64,000 nt of DNA from Eledone cirrhosa (lineage: Eukaryota): contig OZ024760.1 in assembly GCA_964016885.1 (NCBI GenBank), positions 5,394,001-5,458,000 of the forward strand, in the 5' to 3' direction. A program made the translations under genes and the position numbers. A model generated the notes under the pieces. The model worked only from the letters and a program-made list of their open reading frames with translations. It ran no database searches and was not told where the DNA came from. Every line of letters starts with the position of its first letter. Positions within the stretch are counted from its first letter, which is position 1. Of this stretch, positions 37,543 through 51,035 are shown piece by piece.

Positions 37543-40270
37543 TTTACAGTGATTACTGGGTGCCTTTTGTCGTGACACCTACACAATCACTTTACAGTGA
37601 GTGCTGGGTGCTTTTTGTCGTGACACCTACATAATCACTTTACAGTGTGAACTGGGTGCTTTTTGTCGTGACTCCTACATAATCACTTTACAGTGAGTGC
37701 TGAGTGCTATTTGTCGTGACACCTACATAATCACTTTACAGTGTGAACTGGGTGCTTTTTGTCGTGACTCCTACACGGTCACTTTACAGTGTGGACTGGG
37801 TGCTTTTTGTCGTGACTCCTACACGGTCACTTTACAGTGAGTGCTGAGTGCTATTTGTCGTGACACCGACACAATCACTTTACAGTGAGTGCTGAGTGCT
37901 ATTTGTCGTGACACCTACACAATCACTTTACAGTGTGGACTGGATGCTTTTTGTCGTGACTCCTACACGGTCACTTTACAGTGAGTGCTGGGTGCCTTTT
38001 GTCGTGACACCTACAAGGTCACTTTACAGTGAGTACTGGGTGCTATTTGTCGTGACTCCTACACGGTCACTTTACAGTGAGTGCTGAGTGCTATTTGTCG
38101 TGACTCCTACACAGTCACTTTACAGTGTGAACTGGGTGCTATTTGTCGTGTAACCTACACAATCACTTTACAGTGTGGACTGGGTGCTATTTGTCGTGAC
38201 TCCTACACGGTCACTTTACAGTGAGTGCTGAGTGCTATTTGTCGTGACACCTACACAATCACTTTACAGTGTGAACTGGATGCTTTTTGTCGTGATTCCT
38301 ACACGGTCACTGTACAGTGAGTGCTGGGTGCTTTTTGTCGTGACACCTACACGACTACTTTACAGTGTGGACTGGGTGCTATTTGTCGTGACTCCTACAC
38401 GGTCACTTTACAGTGAGTGCTGGGTGCTTTTTGTCGTGACACCTACACGACTACTTTACAGTGTGGACTGGGTGCTATTTGTCGTGACACCTACACGGTC
38501 ACTTTACAGTGTGGGCTGGGTGCTATTTGTCGTGACTCCTACACGGTCACTTTACAGTGAGTGCTGAGTGCTTTTTGTCGTGACACCTACACAATCACTG
38601 TACAGTGAGTACTGGGTGCTATTTGTCGTGACTCCTACACGGTCACTTTACAGTGAGTGCTGAGTGCTTTTTGTCGTGACACCTACACGACTACTTTACA
38701 GTGTGAACTGGATGCTTTTTGTCGTGATTCCTACACGGTCACTTTACAGTGTGGACTGGATGCTTTTTGTCGTGACACCTACGCGGTCACTTTACAGTGA
38801 GTGCTGGGTGCTATTTGTCGTGACACCTACACAATCACTTTACAGTGTGGACTGGATGCTTTTTGTCGTGACACCTACACAATCACTGTACAGTGAGTAC
38901 TGGGTGCTATTTGTCGTGACTCCTACACGGTCACTTTACAGTGAGTGCTGAGTGCTTTTTGTCGTGACACCTACACGACTACTTTACAGTGTGGACTGGG
39001 TGCTATTTGTCGTGACACCTACACGGTCACTTTACAGTGTGGGCTGGGTGCTATTTGTCGTGACTCCTACACGGTCACTTTACAGTGAGTGCTGAGTGCT
39101 TTTTGTCGTGACACCTACACGACTACTTTACAGTGTGGACTGGGTGCTATTTGTCGTGACACCTACACGGTCACTTTACAGTGTGGGCTGGGTGCTATTT
39201 GTCGTGACACCTACACAATCACTTTACAGTGTGGACTGGGTGCTATTTGTCGTGACACCTACACAATCACTGTACAGTGAGTACTGGGTGCTATTTGTCG
39301 TGACTCCTACACGGTCACTTTACAGTGAGTGCTGAGTGCTTTTTGTCGTGACACCTACACGACTACTTTACAGTGTGGGCTGGGTGCTATTTGTCGTGAC
39401 ACCTACACGGTCACTTTACAGTGTGGGCTGGGTGCTATTTGTCGTGACACCTACACGGTCACTTTACAGTGTGGGCTGGGTGCTATTTGTCGTGACACCT
39501 ACACAATCACTTTACAGTGTGGACTGGGTGCTATTTGTCGTGACACCTACACTGTCACTTTACAGTGTGGACTGGGTGCTATTTGTCGTGACACCTACAC
39601 TGTCACTTTACAGTGTGGGCTGGGTGCTATTTGACGTGACACCTACACGGTCACTTTACAGTGTGGACTGGGTGCTATTTGTCGTGACACCTACACTGTC
39701 ACTTTACAGTGTGGGCTGGGTGCTATTTGTCGTGACACCTACACTGTCACTTTACAGTGTGGACTGGGTGCTATTTGTCGTGACACCTACACTGTCACTT
39801 TACAGTGTGGGCTGGGTGCTATTTGACGTGACACCTACACAATCACTTTACAGTGTGGACTGGGTGCTATTTATCGTGACACCTACACTGTCACTTTACA
39901 GTGTGGGCTGGGTGCTATTTGTCGTGACACCTACACTGTCACTTTACAGTGTGGACTGGGTGCTATTTGTCGTGACACCTACACGGTCACTTTACAGTGT
40001 GGACTGGGTGCTATTTGTCGTGACACCTACACTGTCACTTTACAGTGTGGGCTGGGTGCTATTTGACGTAACACCTACACGGTCACTTTACAGTGTGGGC
40101 TGAGTGCTATTTGTCGTGACACCTACACGGTCACTTTACAGTGTGGGCTGGGTGCTATTTGTCGTGACACCTACACGGTCACTTTACAGTGTGGGCTGGG
40201 TGCTATTTGTCGTGACACCTACACGACTACTTTATAGTGTGGGCTCGGTGCTTTTTGTTGTGAAACCTAC
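37543..40270 (+). repeat. 48-bp satellite, ~56 copies, grown from a SINE body
   Basis: Unit TTTACAGTGTGGACTGGGTGCTATTTGTCGTGACACCTACACGGTCAC; directly continuous with SINE tail at 37370-37545 (-). Confidence 0.95.
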
Positions 40271-40274
40271 AAGA

Positions 40275-40868
40275 ACGATGCTCCAAGCTTCAGTATCAGG
40301 ATGTGTGGAGGAATTCCAGTTAATTCAAAAATTCAGTTTGATAATTTACAACCTGGTCTTGAGAGGTGATTGTGTTAACTGATTTGTTACATTTTTTCTC
40401 TTCCAGTAACCTGTCCAACATTTTTCAGGGCTAAGATTGCTCATTCACAGAGACATTTGGGATCACATTGTCTGATCTGAATGTTTGCAAACACTCAGAC
40501 AATCAGTTCTTGTTCTGTGTCAGTGATATGGCCAAATAACAAGTGAATCTGGTCGTTGGAGTCTTTTTCAAGTAGCCCATTTCCCAATTTAAGTAGTTGT
40601 ATGCCAAACTCATTGACGCCTTCGTCACCAGTCAAATGCACTCGCATATTGGTTGTAAGTCTCGGTCACTGAAAGTGAAGCCAGAGATAGGATGTTTTCA
40701 GACAGACATTGACCTGATCAGCTCAAGTCCCTCGGGGAATTACAGGCAGAATTTGCCTGAAATCACCAGCAAGGACCATTGTCACTCCTCCCATTATGCA
40801 AGTATTTTCTCTCAGATTCCTTATTGTCTGGTCCAAAGCTTCAATTCCTCGTTTATGGCTCATGGTAT
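40275..40868 (-). mobile_element. Decayed Helitron PIF1-type helicase fragment
   Basis: TMSHKRGIEALDQTIRNLR..MGGVTMVLAGDFRQILPVIPRGT, then across frameshifts/stops ADQVNVCLKTSYLW, LTTNMRV, LLKLGNG, YQTEFLN, GIPPHILILKLGA. Confidence 0.88.
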
Positions 40869-41119
40869 TCAAATTAATTTCGTTTATATATATGTGTGTG
40901 TACACACACACATATATATAGTGTGTATATCCAATATATACAAATCATGCATTGTACAGCTAATTATCCTCCATAATTCACATGTAATAATTAACAAATA
41001 ATTTACTTAATTAACACATTAACACATCACAGAAGCCTCCAGAGAATATTTGGTATTTGATCTTAGTAACCCATCCCATAACTAAGTCGGACAGCTTTTT
41101 CGTTTGTGATATTTCAACA

Positions 41120-41420
41120 AAATCCTCCTTTTTCGCCCACTTATTTTTGAGGCGTGACTCTCTGATCTCCAAGCTACAAATCTGTCCAGCGATTCTTTCC
41201 GTAGACATTCTAACCATATGCCCATAGTATCGGAGCTGTGATCTGTAAATTCAGAGAAGTAGCGGCCTTTACCTGGAGTGACTCTCTGAGCTCCGAACTA
41301 CAAATCTGTCCAACGATTTTTTTCCTGGGACATTCTAACCACATGTTCATAGTATCAAACTGTGATCTCTCAATTCGGAGAAGCAGCGGCTCTACCTGGA
41401 GTGACTCTGATCTCCAACAA
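41120..41420 (-). mobile_element. RTE-type fragment with tandem duplication (family of the 65-bp satellite)
   Basis: Reverse complement of CACAGCTCCGATACTATGG.CATGTGGTTAGAATGTC. Confidence 0.75.
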
Positions 41421-42065
41421 AAAAAAAATCTACGCAATTATTGAATAAAATTCCCCACCACCACAAGAAAATAAATATATATATATAATAGATAAAAGAT
41501 AAACGTCCCAAAACATTTCTGCTGACCTATATGGAGATTTATTTCTACTCGTGTGTTTAGTGGTTTATTTGTTATAGCAATCTATCACCGTGATTAACTT
41601 GTATTAATTAATCTTCCCTCCATAGCGACTAATTCTTCCTCCTATCGAAAGGTCATGTGTCATATAAACATTCTCAACTGCGTATATGTGTCTTGTCGGC
41701 TGTGTGTGTCTGTCTTATAGGATGTGTGTGTGTGTGCGTGTGTCTTGTCGGTCGTGTTGTGTGTGTACGTGTGTGTGTGTACGCGTGTCATGTGGGCCGT
41801 GTGTACGTGCGTGTCTTCTGAGATGTGTATGTGGGTGAGTCGTGTGAGCTGTGTGTGTGAGCGAGAGAGACAGATAAAAACGAAGTGAGATAGACATAAA
41901 GAGAGAAAGAGAGGGGAGACAGGGAGACAGACAGAAACAGAAATAGAGAGGCAAGGAGAGATAGACAGAAGGAAACTGATAAAGCACATGACTGGGACAG
42001 TTTTGTACCTCTTATACTTATGTAATCGATTAGTTAATTTATGTAACTATATAAAGTGCATATAT

Positions 42066-42107
<42 letters not shown>

Positions 42108-42109
<2 letters not shown>

Positions 42110-42250
42110 AAAAAGTATGACCCCGACGGCAGAGCTCAAGCCGTTTCGACAGCTATTTCTGGACTATTTCCCACTCTACTACCCTAAGTATTGAGTACTC
42201 TGGTGCGTTATGGTCCATCTGATTCCTTACCACAATTCCTTTGTTTATAT
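42108..42250 (+). mobile_element. Penelope-like pLTR remnant (family E): inverted half-hammerhead plus 3' tail, inside (TA)n
   Basis: Minus strand TAGCTGTC-GAAA-CGGC..GCCG-TC-GGGGTC, then tail CACTCTACTACCCTAAGTATTGAGTACTC; copies at 45205-45345, 51921-52116, 54421-54517. Confidence 0.65.
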
Positions 42251-42759
42251 ATATATAATAATAATAATAATGAAATTATTGTGTACAGTGCTCAGGTGCA
42301 CTACAACTCTTATATATATATATATATATTCATATATATTAAATATAACCTCTTATACAAATTAAATATAACCTCTGTATATATATATACATATATATAT
42401 ATATACACACCTCTAGAGTGTGTATATATACATATATTATATACAGTGTATTGAAAGCTGAATTTTGACAATCGCCACCAACTTCGGACGGTTGTATGTA
42501 CACACACACATATAATATAAAGAGAAAGATGGAATAGATAGATGTGTGTGTGTGTGTGTTTGTATGTGAGAATAGTCTTTTTATATTGTAAATACCTGTA
42601 TGATAATTAAAGGTAGCATAATCAATAATATTCATCACCATAAAAAAATTAAAATTAAATCTATGACCTAATTATAAATAAATATAACGACAGTTATTAC
42701 TTCGATACAAACAACACCGTAAACGGTTTGATAAAAATTAAAATATAATTCACAGACAC

Positions 42760-42928
42760 CAGGGCATCCAAGAGAAATTTTACAAGGCGGTACAAGACCC
42801 CATTTGGGGCGGGCCCGAAGCAGGCAAAGATCTTTCTCAAAATGGATGTTGCATGGTTGCTGTGGGGCCTTGCTAGCTCTTGGGCCTCAGAACAAAGTAC
42901 CGGCTGGACCCCTCTCTCATAGGCCCTG
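42760..42928. mobile_element. hAT-like MITE
   Basis: CAGGGC / GCCCTG termini, 8-bp TSD ACAGACAC / ACAGACAT. Confidence 0.7.
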
Positions 42929-43148
42929 ACAGACATTTCTTAAAACGATTAAGAATTGATGACAGCAAAAGCTTGGTGATTAAAATTTAAAAAACCACCA
43001 AAAGATTAAACGAACCAAGAACAAGGAATGAGGAAAAAATATTCAATAAATATATAGAATACATGTAGACACAGACAATAAGGAAACATTTCCTCAATCA
43101 ATTAACACTTAAGTGTCTAAATTGATGTTGTTTATAGCTTTGATTGTA

Positions 43149-43476
43149 TACGCGGGTGGCCTGAAAAGTTCATAGGCTGACTGTGAAGGAGTGATGCTCG
43201 AGCTCTGAAATCTTACTTGCATTAATTTCAACTCTTCTTATTAATAACAACATTGTTTCTTTCTAGGGACTCTGTTGAAAAATAAACCTCCTTCAATCAT
43301 TCCATGAGAGTATCTTGGTCATAGGCTGACTATGAATGAGTGATGCTAGAGCTGTGAAATCTTGCATGCAGTAATTTCATTTCTTCTTTCCAGAGACTAT
43401 TTGAAAAATAAACCTCATTTGGTCATTCCATGAGAGTATCTTGGTCAGCCTATGAACATTTCAGCCGACCCGTGTA
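43149..43476. mobile_element. Mariner-like MITE, both TIRs present
   Basis: TACGCGGGTGGCCTGAAAAGTTCATAGGCTGAC ... GTCAGCCTATGAACATTTCAGCCGACCCGTGTA; TA flanks. Confidence 0.8.
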
Positions 43477-43921
43477 TTGTATTTATAAGGTTCCTAGCAA
43501 CAATTAATTGAATATACACGTACTTCAACTTAATCTTATATATTTGATTATCCCCGAAAAAAAAAAAAAATATTGTTGTGTATTATATTTATAAGGTTAC
43601 CAGCAACAATCGTTTGTACGTATGTATTTTTATCTGATATAAATAGATTATAAAAAAAAAAATGTTTACCTTCGAGAGATTTACAACCAAACTATTTCTA
43701 CTTCAAATGTCAGACGATATATATGTGGTGTATAACAAATTGATAACTAACAATATATACAATACAATGCGCAGATGGACGGTTCATTATTAAGGTGTGG
43801 GTTGTTATAAAAAAACGGTCCATATTTAGTCGGGATTGTCGGCTAGAGTCACTTGGAAATATCTTATTTCCATAATTAGACAGAAATTTAACGAGTGACG
43901 AAGTATATGTATGTATGTATG

Positions 43922-43992
<71 letters not shown>

Positions 43993-44128
43993 GTTGGTGC
44001 AGTCTCGATAAGACACGCTGCATTTTATACAGATATATAATTCAGAAATATAATAAGTTTTCCAAGGAGGATCGGAAAGAAATCACAATCTAAATAAGGT
44101 ATTCAATACATTACTAATAGAGGAAGGG

Positions 44129-44178
44129 ATATTCCCGATGATTTCAATCGAATGAAATAGTTCTAGTCCTGTAGAAGA
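44129..44178 (+). ncRNA. Degenerate hammerhead (family D)
   Basis: ATATTC-CCGATGA-TTTCAATCGAAT-GAAA-TAG-TTCTAGTC-CTG-TA-GAA; one core mismatch, short stem I. Confidence 0.5.
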
Positions 44179-44197
44179 ATGATAATTTCTATACGAA

Positions 44198-44228
<31 letters not shown>

Positions 44229-45204
44229 ATTGAAATTAAAATATAATTCATACAGTCGTCATTTAAACTTCTACAACAAACGTTTCGTTGGATCAATCAT
44301 TATTTGTTCAAAATCACAATAAATCTATATCACCGGATATATATATATATCATTTATATATATACATATATATATATATATCATTATCAATATATATATA
44401 TATATCATTATCAATATCTTACCTTAAATCAGAAATCATTATTATTGTTAATATATTAATAATATTATCTTACCTGTATAACTGGGTTTGTTTCAGCAGG
44501 TAAAAATTTAAACTTTTGCTGTGGTCACTCGTTATTTTTTTATTATTTTTTTTTAGCTATCATTTAATATCCACAGTTTCACTTAATATAGCCATCAATT
44601 AATATAACCGGCTAATTAATAATAATTAAAAAATACTAACATTAAAGAGCTGTTTGTCATTAATGACAATTCGTATAGTAATTAAAACATAAACCCGTTA
44701 CTTTGCCAGGTATACATATATATATAACTATAAATATATATATGAAATAATTTTTATATATATCATCCTAAGTCAACTACTTTCGTTCGTTTGTTAATAG
44801 AGAGAGCGAGAGAGAGGAAATGATAGAAGAAAAAGAGAGAGATTGTATGACGACACATCTAGTAAAGGTATTTAGGGAATTAGGCAGGTCGGCTGATAGG
44901 TAGTGGTTTAAACACATCACCTATTTCAGCCAGCCTTTCTGAAGTAAACAACTATGAAATTAGCAACGTGACCAACTTTATCTCAGTACTGTTTAGTTTA
45001 GTTTACGAGTAGCAAACTGTTAATAGATCGTTTTTTTGTTGTTGTTTCTCTCTCTGCGTGTGTGTGTGTGTGTGTGTGTGTTTTCCCACCAACGCACCTG
45101 AGTTTCATTTTAAACAATATCACTTATTTAATATTTAAATAATATAGATAGACTGATAGACACATACACACACACACATACACACACACACATATATATA
45201 TATA

Positions 45205-45345
45205 TAACGAAGGAAATGTGGTAAGAAACCAGGTGGACCATAACGCACCAAAGTACTCAATACTTAAGGTAGTAGAGTGGGTAATAGGAACGAGTAGGAC
45301 CCCGACGGCTGAGCTCAAGCCGTTTCGACGGTTAATTCTGGACTA
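45205..45345 (-). mobile_element. Penelope-like pLTR remnant (family E), non-inverted
   Basis: GAAA-CGGCT-TGAGCTC-AGCCG-TC-GGGGTCC followed by the tail; flanked by (TA)n. Confidence 0.65.
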
Positions 45346-45733
45346 AATATATATATATATATATATATATAATGTATATATATTATATATATTGATTACC
45401 TGTATAGGCAATATTTATTAGAATGCTGTTCAAGTGTGCATACATTTTTTCGGGACACCCTCAGTGTGTATATAGAGAGAGAGGAAGAGAGAAAGAAAGA
45501 CTCACACACGCATTATATATAAATATATGAGAGACAGAGATTGAGAAAGAGAGGGAAGAAGAGAGAGAAAGTTAAATAGTTAGAATCTTATCGGACGCTG
45601 ATAAGTTAAACGATTGAGTCGACATATATATATATGTGTGTGAATGAAATAATTCCGTCGGAAAAGTCCAGGAAAAAAGAGTGCTCTATGTAGGTAACAG
45701 AGCTTAATAGTTATGATGTAATAAACAACATTA

Positions 45734-45793
45734 TTCCATTTACCAGTGGTTTCTTAAAAGCAAAAAATTTTGCTTTCAATCATCAGAATGAAA
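45734..45793 (-). ncRNA. Type I hammerhead ribozyme (family C; element ~45652-45922 with 62-bp-arm palindrome centred at ~45832)
   Basis: TTTCATT-CTGATGA-TTGAAAGCAAA..TTTGCTTTTAA-GAAA-CC-ACT-GG-TA-AATGGAA. Confidence 0.82.
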
Positions 45794-45917
45794 AAATCCT
45801 GGTCTATTTATTGAATTGGATTCTTAAAAAACCTTTTTTAAGAATCCAATTCAATAAATAGACCAAGATTTTTTCATTCTGATGATTGAAAGCAACATGC
45901 CTTATGTTGTTTATTAC

Positions 45918-45952
<35 letters not shown>

Positions 45953-46069
45953 TGTGTGTGTGTGCGAAAGCAAACTATATCTATATATATACATACACAT
46001 ATACTGTTTGCTTTCTTCTAGAGAAAGCTAGAAAGTGAGGGAAAGGAAAATGAGAAAGAGATATAGAGG

Positions 46070-46232
46070 AAGAATCGACCCAGTAATAGTTTGGTACTTT
46101 TTTATCGACCTCGAAAAGATGAAAGGCAAAGTTGACCTCGGCGGGATTTGAACTCAGAGATAAGTGAGTCAGTACGAATACCATAAAGTATTCTACCTGA
46201 CGTTCTAATGACTCTGCCAATTCGCCGCCCAT
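46070..46232 (-). mobile_element. Deu/Nin-like SINE
   Basis: GGCGGCGAATTGGCAGAGTC..GAGTTCAAATCCCGCCGAGGTCAACTTTGCCTTTCATC. Confidence 0.8.
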
Positions 46233-46692
46233 GTGTTGAATATACGTAAGTGATATTGTCGGTAAAGTTATTTACATCGACTAATCATGAAATAAAGACG
46301 TGTTACGTAAAAAACTATTTTTATTTAAACCTCGAACTAAGGTGGAAGGCCTTTGAGTGGATATTCAAACTGCTAGAAATAGCAGCCACATCTTTAAACT
46401 GACGACACACCTTAGGAAAGAAACATACATCGGATGACGTAGTGTTACGTGCAGTGTGTGTGTCTGTGTGTAGGGGCTGCTTGAGCAGAGCTTATCGAGG
46501 GACACATAGTAACCTATATGTATGTGTGTATGGACCCGTAACACATTGGATGATGATGTGTGTGTGTGTATCTGTGTAGGGGGCTGCTTGAGCAGACCTT
46601 ACCGAGGGACATGTTAGATAATGTAGATCCGAATATGTGAGTGTGTGGGTGGGGGGGGGGTAAGGAGTCGTAACTCCTGATGGAATCGTAGG

Positions 46693-46984
46693 CAGGGTAG
46701 GATTTAGACCTTGGGCGGCCCAGGGTACTTCAGGTTTAGGGGGCTCCTCGTATACAAAAAATTAGAATACACAGCAAACCCCTCCAAATTTTTCATATCA
46801 AAGTTAGTTTGCCACAAAGTAATTGGAGTTGAAAAGTTATACATACAGATATTAAATTAAAAAATCTAACCACCCTAAAACTAAAAAGCCTTGAGGGCAC
46901 AAATAAATTGCTACGGCCGTCGCTGGTGTGCTCCCCGCCTCCACTGCATGCCCCCCCCCCTGCACCCCATTAAATCCGGACCTG
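46693..46984. mobile_element. hAT-like MITE
   Basis: TIRs CAGGGTAGGATTTA / TAAATCCGGACCTG; decayed 8-bp TSD ATCGTAGG / GTCATAGG. Confidence 0.6.
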
Positions 46985-48126
46985 GTCATAGGGGCGCCGT
47001 AGTGGACATACGGGCGTGTCATATCATATGACACGGTGGAACTCATCCCCTCTCCAGAGGTTAATACAACCGATTTCTTACAGACATACACACACACTCA
47101 CGTACAGAAAGAGAGGAAGGGTCGACCTCCCTAGCACTGGACCTGAGTCATAGATACACTGTATTTGAATAGAAGGCGGTATGTTTTCGGATGGAACGCC
47201 TGATTCAATCAAGGTTTAACTGATGATACAACTATTAAGTATTTCGTTCACACACACACACATATATATATATATAAACATATATATATATATATATACA
47301 CCACACACACATACGCATATATATATATAAACATATATATATGTTTATATATACACCACACACACATACGCATATATGTATACATACACACTTATACACA
47401 CCATACACACACATATGTATACATACACACTTATACACACATATATTTATATGTATAATCATCATCATAGACATACACAGACATTCATATATATATATAC
47501 AGACATATACACAGAAACATACATATACACAGAAACATACGTATATACAGAGACATACATATACACAGACATACATATACACAGAAACATACGTATATAC
47601 AGAGACATACATATACACAGACATACATATACACAGAAACATACGTATATACAGAGACATACATATACACAGACATATATATTTATATATACAGAGACAT
47701 ACATATACACAGACATATATATATATATATACAGAGACATACATATATATACAGACATATATATACACACAATTCAAAATCTGAGCACACGTGACGAGGA
47801 CAAACACACTGGCAAAAACGGATCCAAACGGAGATAGACGGACTAAATCCTACGCCATCGACTGTTCCCTCGATGGCGTAGGGATCACCACAATTTAGGG
47901 TACATATACAGGAAGGAGTAGAATGAGAAAGAGAATGAAGGTGGGCAGGTTGGATTATATATATGACTACGATTTTGAGAGGAGGGGGGGGGACAAGAAG
48001 CCACCACCCCCACCATCACCACTGTCAGGTCGTCTAGAGGCGGAACGGATGAAAGATCCTTTGATAAAAGATTATCTCTATATATCTTTGTACACACATA
48101 TATATATATATATATATATCAATATA

Positions 48127-48220
48127 TACAGGATGTCCCCCCCCCCCCCAAAAAAAAATATATACACACTTTGATTAGAATACTGTTGAAGTGAATATAC
48201 ATTTTTGGGGACACCCTGTA
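48127..48220. mobile_element. Tiny Tc1/mariner-like MITE (partial copy at ~45415-45462)
   Basis: TACAGGATGTCCCC ... GGGGACACCCTGTA with TA ends. Confidence 0.7.
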
Positions 48221-48357
48221 TTATATACACATATATAATACACACACACACACATAGATACGTGTATATGCAGTATATATATATATATATATATATGTGT
48301 GTTGATTTAAAACTTCACTATTCACACGTGTTTTTTAAGCTTCATATCATGTATCCC

Positions 48358-48428
48358 TATTTTATCTGATGAAAACGCAGATATCATCTCATGATGATAT
48401 TTGTTTTTGAAATGCGCATAATAAAATA
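48358..48428 (+). ncRNA. Type I minimal hammerhead ribozyme (family A; element 48298-48462)
   Basis: TATTTTAT-CTGATGA(48366)-AAACGCAGATATCATC-TCAT-GATGATATTTGTTTTT-GAAA(48409)-TGCGCA-TA-ATAAAATA; predicted cut after 48420. Confidence 0.88.
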
Positions 48429-48458
48429 CGTGGAACTCTTTTAACCATCTTTTGATCT

Positions 48459-48523
<65 letters not shown>

Positions 48524-48734
48524 GATAAATCTACCAAGAGTTTACGGTAGTGTCCAATCCGTATGAAGAACTCAATGTAATCCGGATATCATGGAAAGAA
48601 GAGATGCAATGAAAAATCACTTTCGGTGAAAGATAAACGGAATACAGAGTCAATTTGTTTAATATCGTATTTATATATATATATATATATATACGATATT
48701 AAACAAATGGAAACTATATTTATAAAACCATATT

Positions 48735-48800
48735 TATTTCATTATACATATTTCGGGGATACCATATTAAAAATATGGCATGCCTTCTTCAGATAAAATA
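48735..48800 (-). ncRNA. Type I hammerhead ribozyme (family B; element ~48692-48997)
   Basis: TATTTTAT-CTGAAGA-AGGCATGCCATAT..ATATGGTATCCCC-GAAA-TATGTA-TA-ATGAAATA. Confidence 0.8.
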
Positions 48801-48993
48801 CAATATATAAACAGTTTTATAAATAATTTTGACGTACCATAAATATTGAGCAACCGTTATGTAGGAAGTATGGTTTTATAAATATAGTTTCCATTTGTTT
48901 AATATCGTATATCTACTCCAAAACTTGTCGAGTGCTTTATATCAGTTATAAAATATTTACTTGTTGTAACCCAACAATTTTAAATAAAACTTT

Positions 48994-49035
<42 letters not shown>

Positions 49036-49329
49036 TATACATACACACACATATATATACTCATTCTAGTTGTTATATTCCGTACTGTAAGTTGTAAGTA
49101 CCCTATGTACACACACTACGTATACATACAAACCCGTAACCCCATAAAATACTAAAAGTACTTGAGTAGTTTGAAATAAGCTGGTGGTGGTGGTAGGGTA
49201 AGTTTCACATTCGTCTGTGTCTTATCGGTGAAAAATAAGGGGATGGGTCTTCACTTTTAGATCATCTTGGGTCTGTTATCAGTTGATGTAGGGACCTACA
49301 TTTTGCATTTTGTCTGGGCTTATCGCCTG

Positions 49330-51035
49330 TAATAATTGTTTCTAATTTAGGCACAAGATCAGCAATTTCCCCAGTGCATTACTGGTGCTTTATTTTATCA
49401 AACCTGAAAGGCAAAGTTAACCTCGGCGGGATTTGAACTCATAACGTAAAGGGCCATAACTCTATGTTGCAAAGCATGGTGTCTGACGCTCTAGCGATTC
49501 TGCCAATCCACCGCCCTAATTATCGCCAATAATAATTGTTTCTACTTTTGGCACCAGGCCAGCAATTAACCAGTGCATTACTGGTACTGGTTCTAATTTA
49601 GGCTCAAGGCCAGCATTTTTAAGGAAAGGGGGGAAGTCGATTAAATCGAACCTGCTAACCCCCCCCCCCCCTCCAGTAATTCACTGGTACTCCATTTTAT
49701 CGACCTCTCTGAGAGTCAAAGGCAAAACTAATCCTCGGCGTGAACGCAGAATGTAAAGAGACGTAACTACATGCCGCAAAGCATGTTTGTCTGGGGCTTT
49801 AGACAAATAATTGTTTCTACTTTAGGCACAAGGCCAGCAATTACTCAGTACATTACTGGTACTTTATTTTATCGACCCCGTAAGGATGAAAGGCAAAGTT
49901 AACCTCGGCGGGATTTGAACTCAGACTGTAAAGGGACGTAACTATGCTGGAAAGCATGATAATGTTTTCTGATTTAGGCACAAGGCCAACAAATTTTGGA
50001 GGAGGAGAAAGTCGACCACTACGTTACTGGTACTTTATTTTATCGACTTCCGTAAGGATGAAAGGGAAAGCTACCACGGCGGGATTTGAACTCAGAACAC
50101 AAAGGGACGTAACTCTATTCTGATTTAGGCACAAGGTCAACAATTTTTGGGGAGAAGAAATTGATTGAAGCGTTACTGGTACTTTATTTTATCGACTTCC
50201 ATAAGGATGGTAGGCAGAGCTAGCCCTCAGCGGGATTTGAACTCAGAACAAAAAGGGACGTAACTATATGTCACAAAGCATGTTGTCCGACACTAGCTAA
50301 ATATGATTTACTTTTCAGCCAAGATCTTTCTGACCCTTTAGATAAATAATTGTTTCTACTTTAGGCACAAGGCCAGCAATTTTCCAGTACATTACTGGTA
50401 CTTTATTTTATCGACCCCGTAAGGATGAAAGGCAAAGTCAACCTTCTGACCCTTTAGATAAATAATGGTTTCTGATTTAGGCACAAGCTCAACAATTTTC
50501 GGGAAAGGGAAAATCGATTGAATCGAACCCAGTGCGTTACTGGTACTTTATTTTAACGACCCCGTAAGGATGGAAGGCGAAACCTAACCCTCGGCGGGAT
50601 TTGCGCTCAGAACGTAAAGGGACGTAACTACCCGCCACAAAGCATATGGTCCGACAATGTAGATAAATATGATTTACTTTTCAGACGGGACCTTTCGACA
50701 TTCTCTCGTAGCAACAAAGAAATAATGCAATGACAGAAAGTTTCGACCAGATGAAAAGAAGAAAAATGTAAGGATAAAAAGTTAGAAATGTCGATGAGCA
50801 CAAGTAAGAATGTATGGGATATACTAAGACTGGCAGTAATTGGTAGAGCGTCAGACAACTTGCTTTGCGGCATAGAGTTACGGCCCTTTACGTCATGCGT
50901 TCAAATCCCGCCGAGGTTAGCTTTGTCTTTCATCCTTAAGAAAGTCAATAAAATAAAGTACCAGTAATGCACTGGTATCGATTTAATTGACTTTCCCTTT
51001 CCTCCGAAATCGTTGGCTTTGTGCCTAAATCAGAT
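49330..51035. mobile_element. Dense cluster of ~9 Deu/Nin-like SINE copies (mostly minus, last one plus)
   Basis: Repeated CTGGTACTTTATTTTATCGACCCCGTAAGGATGAAAGGCAAAGTTAACCTCGGCGGGATTTGAACTC. Confidence 0.85.

Noticed and set aside
39336-40382. 255-aa repetitive ORF (VLFVVTPTRSLYSVDW)n
   Set aside because: 48-bp SINE-derived satellite in frame by arithmetic; neighbouring units carry stops
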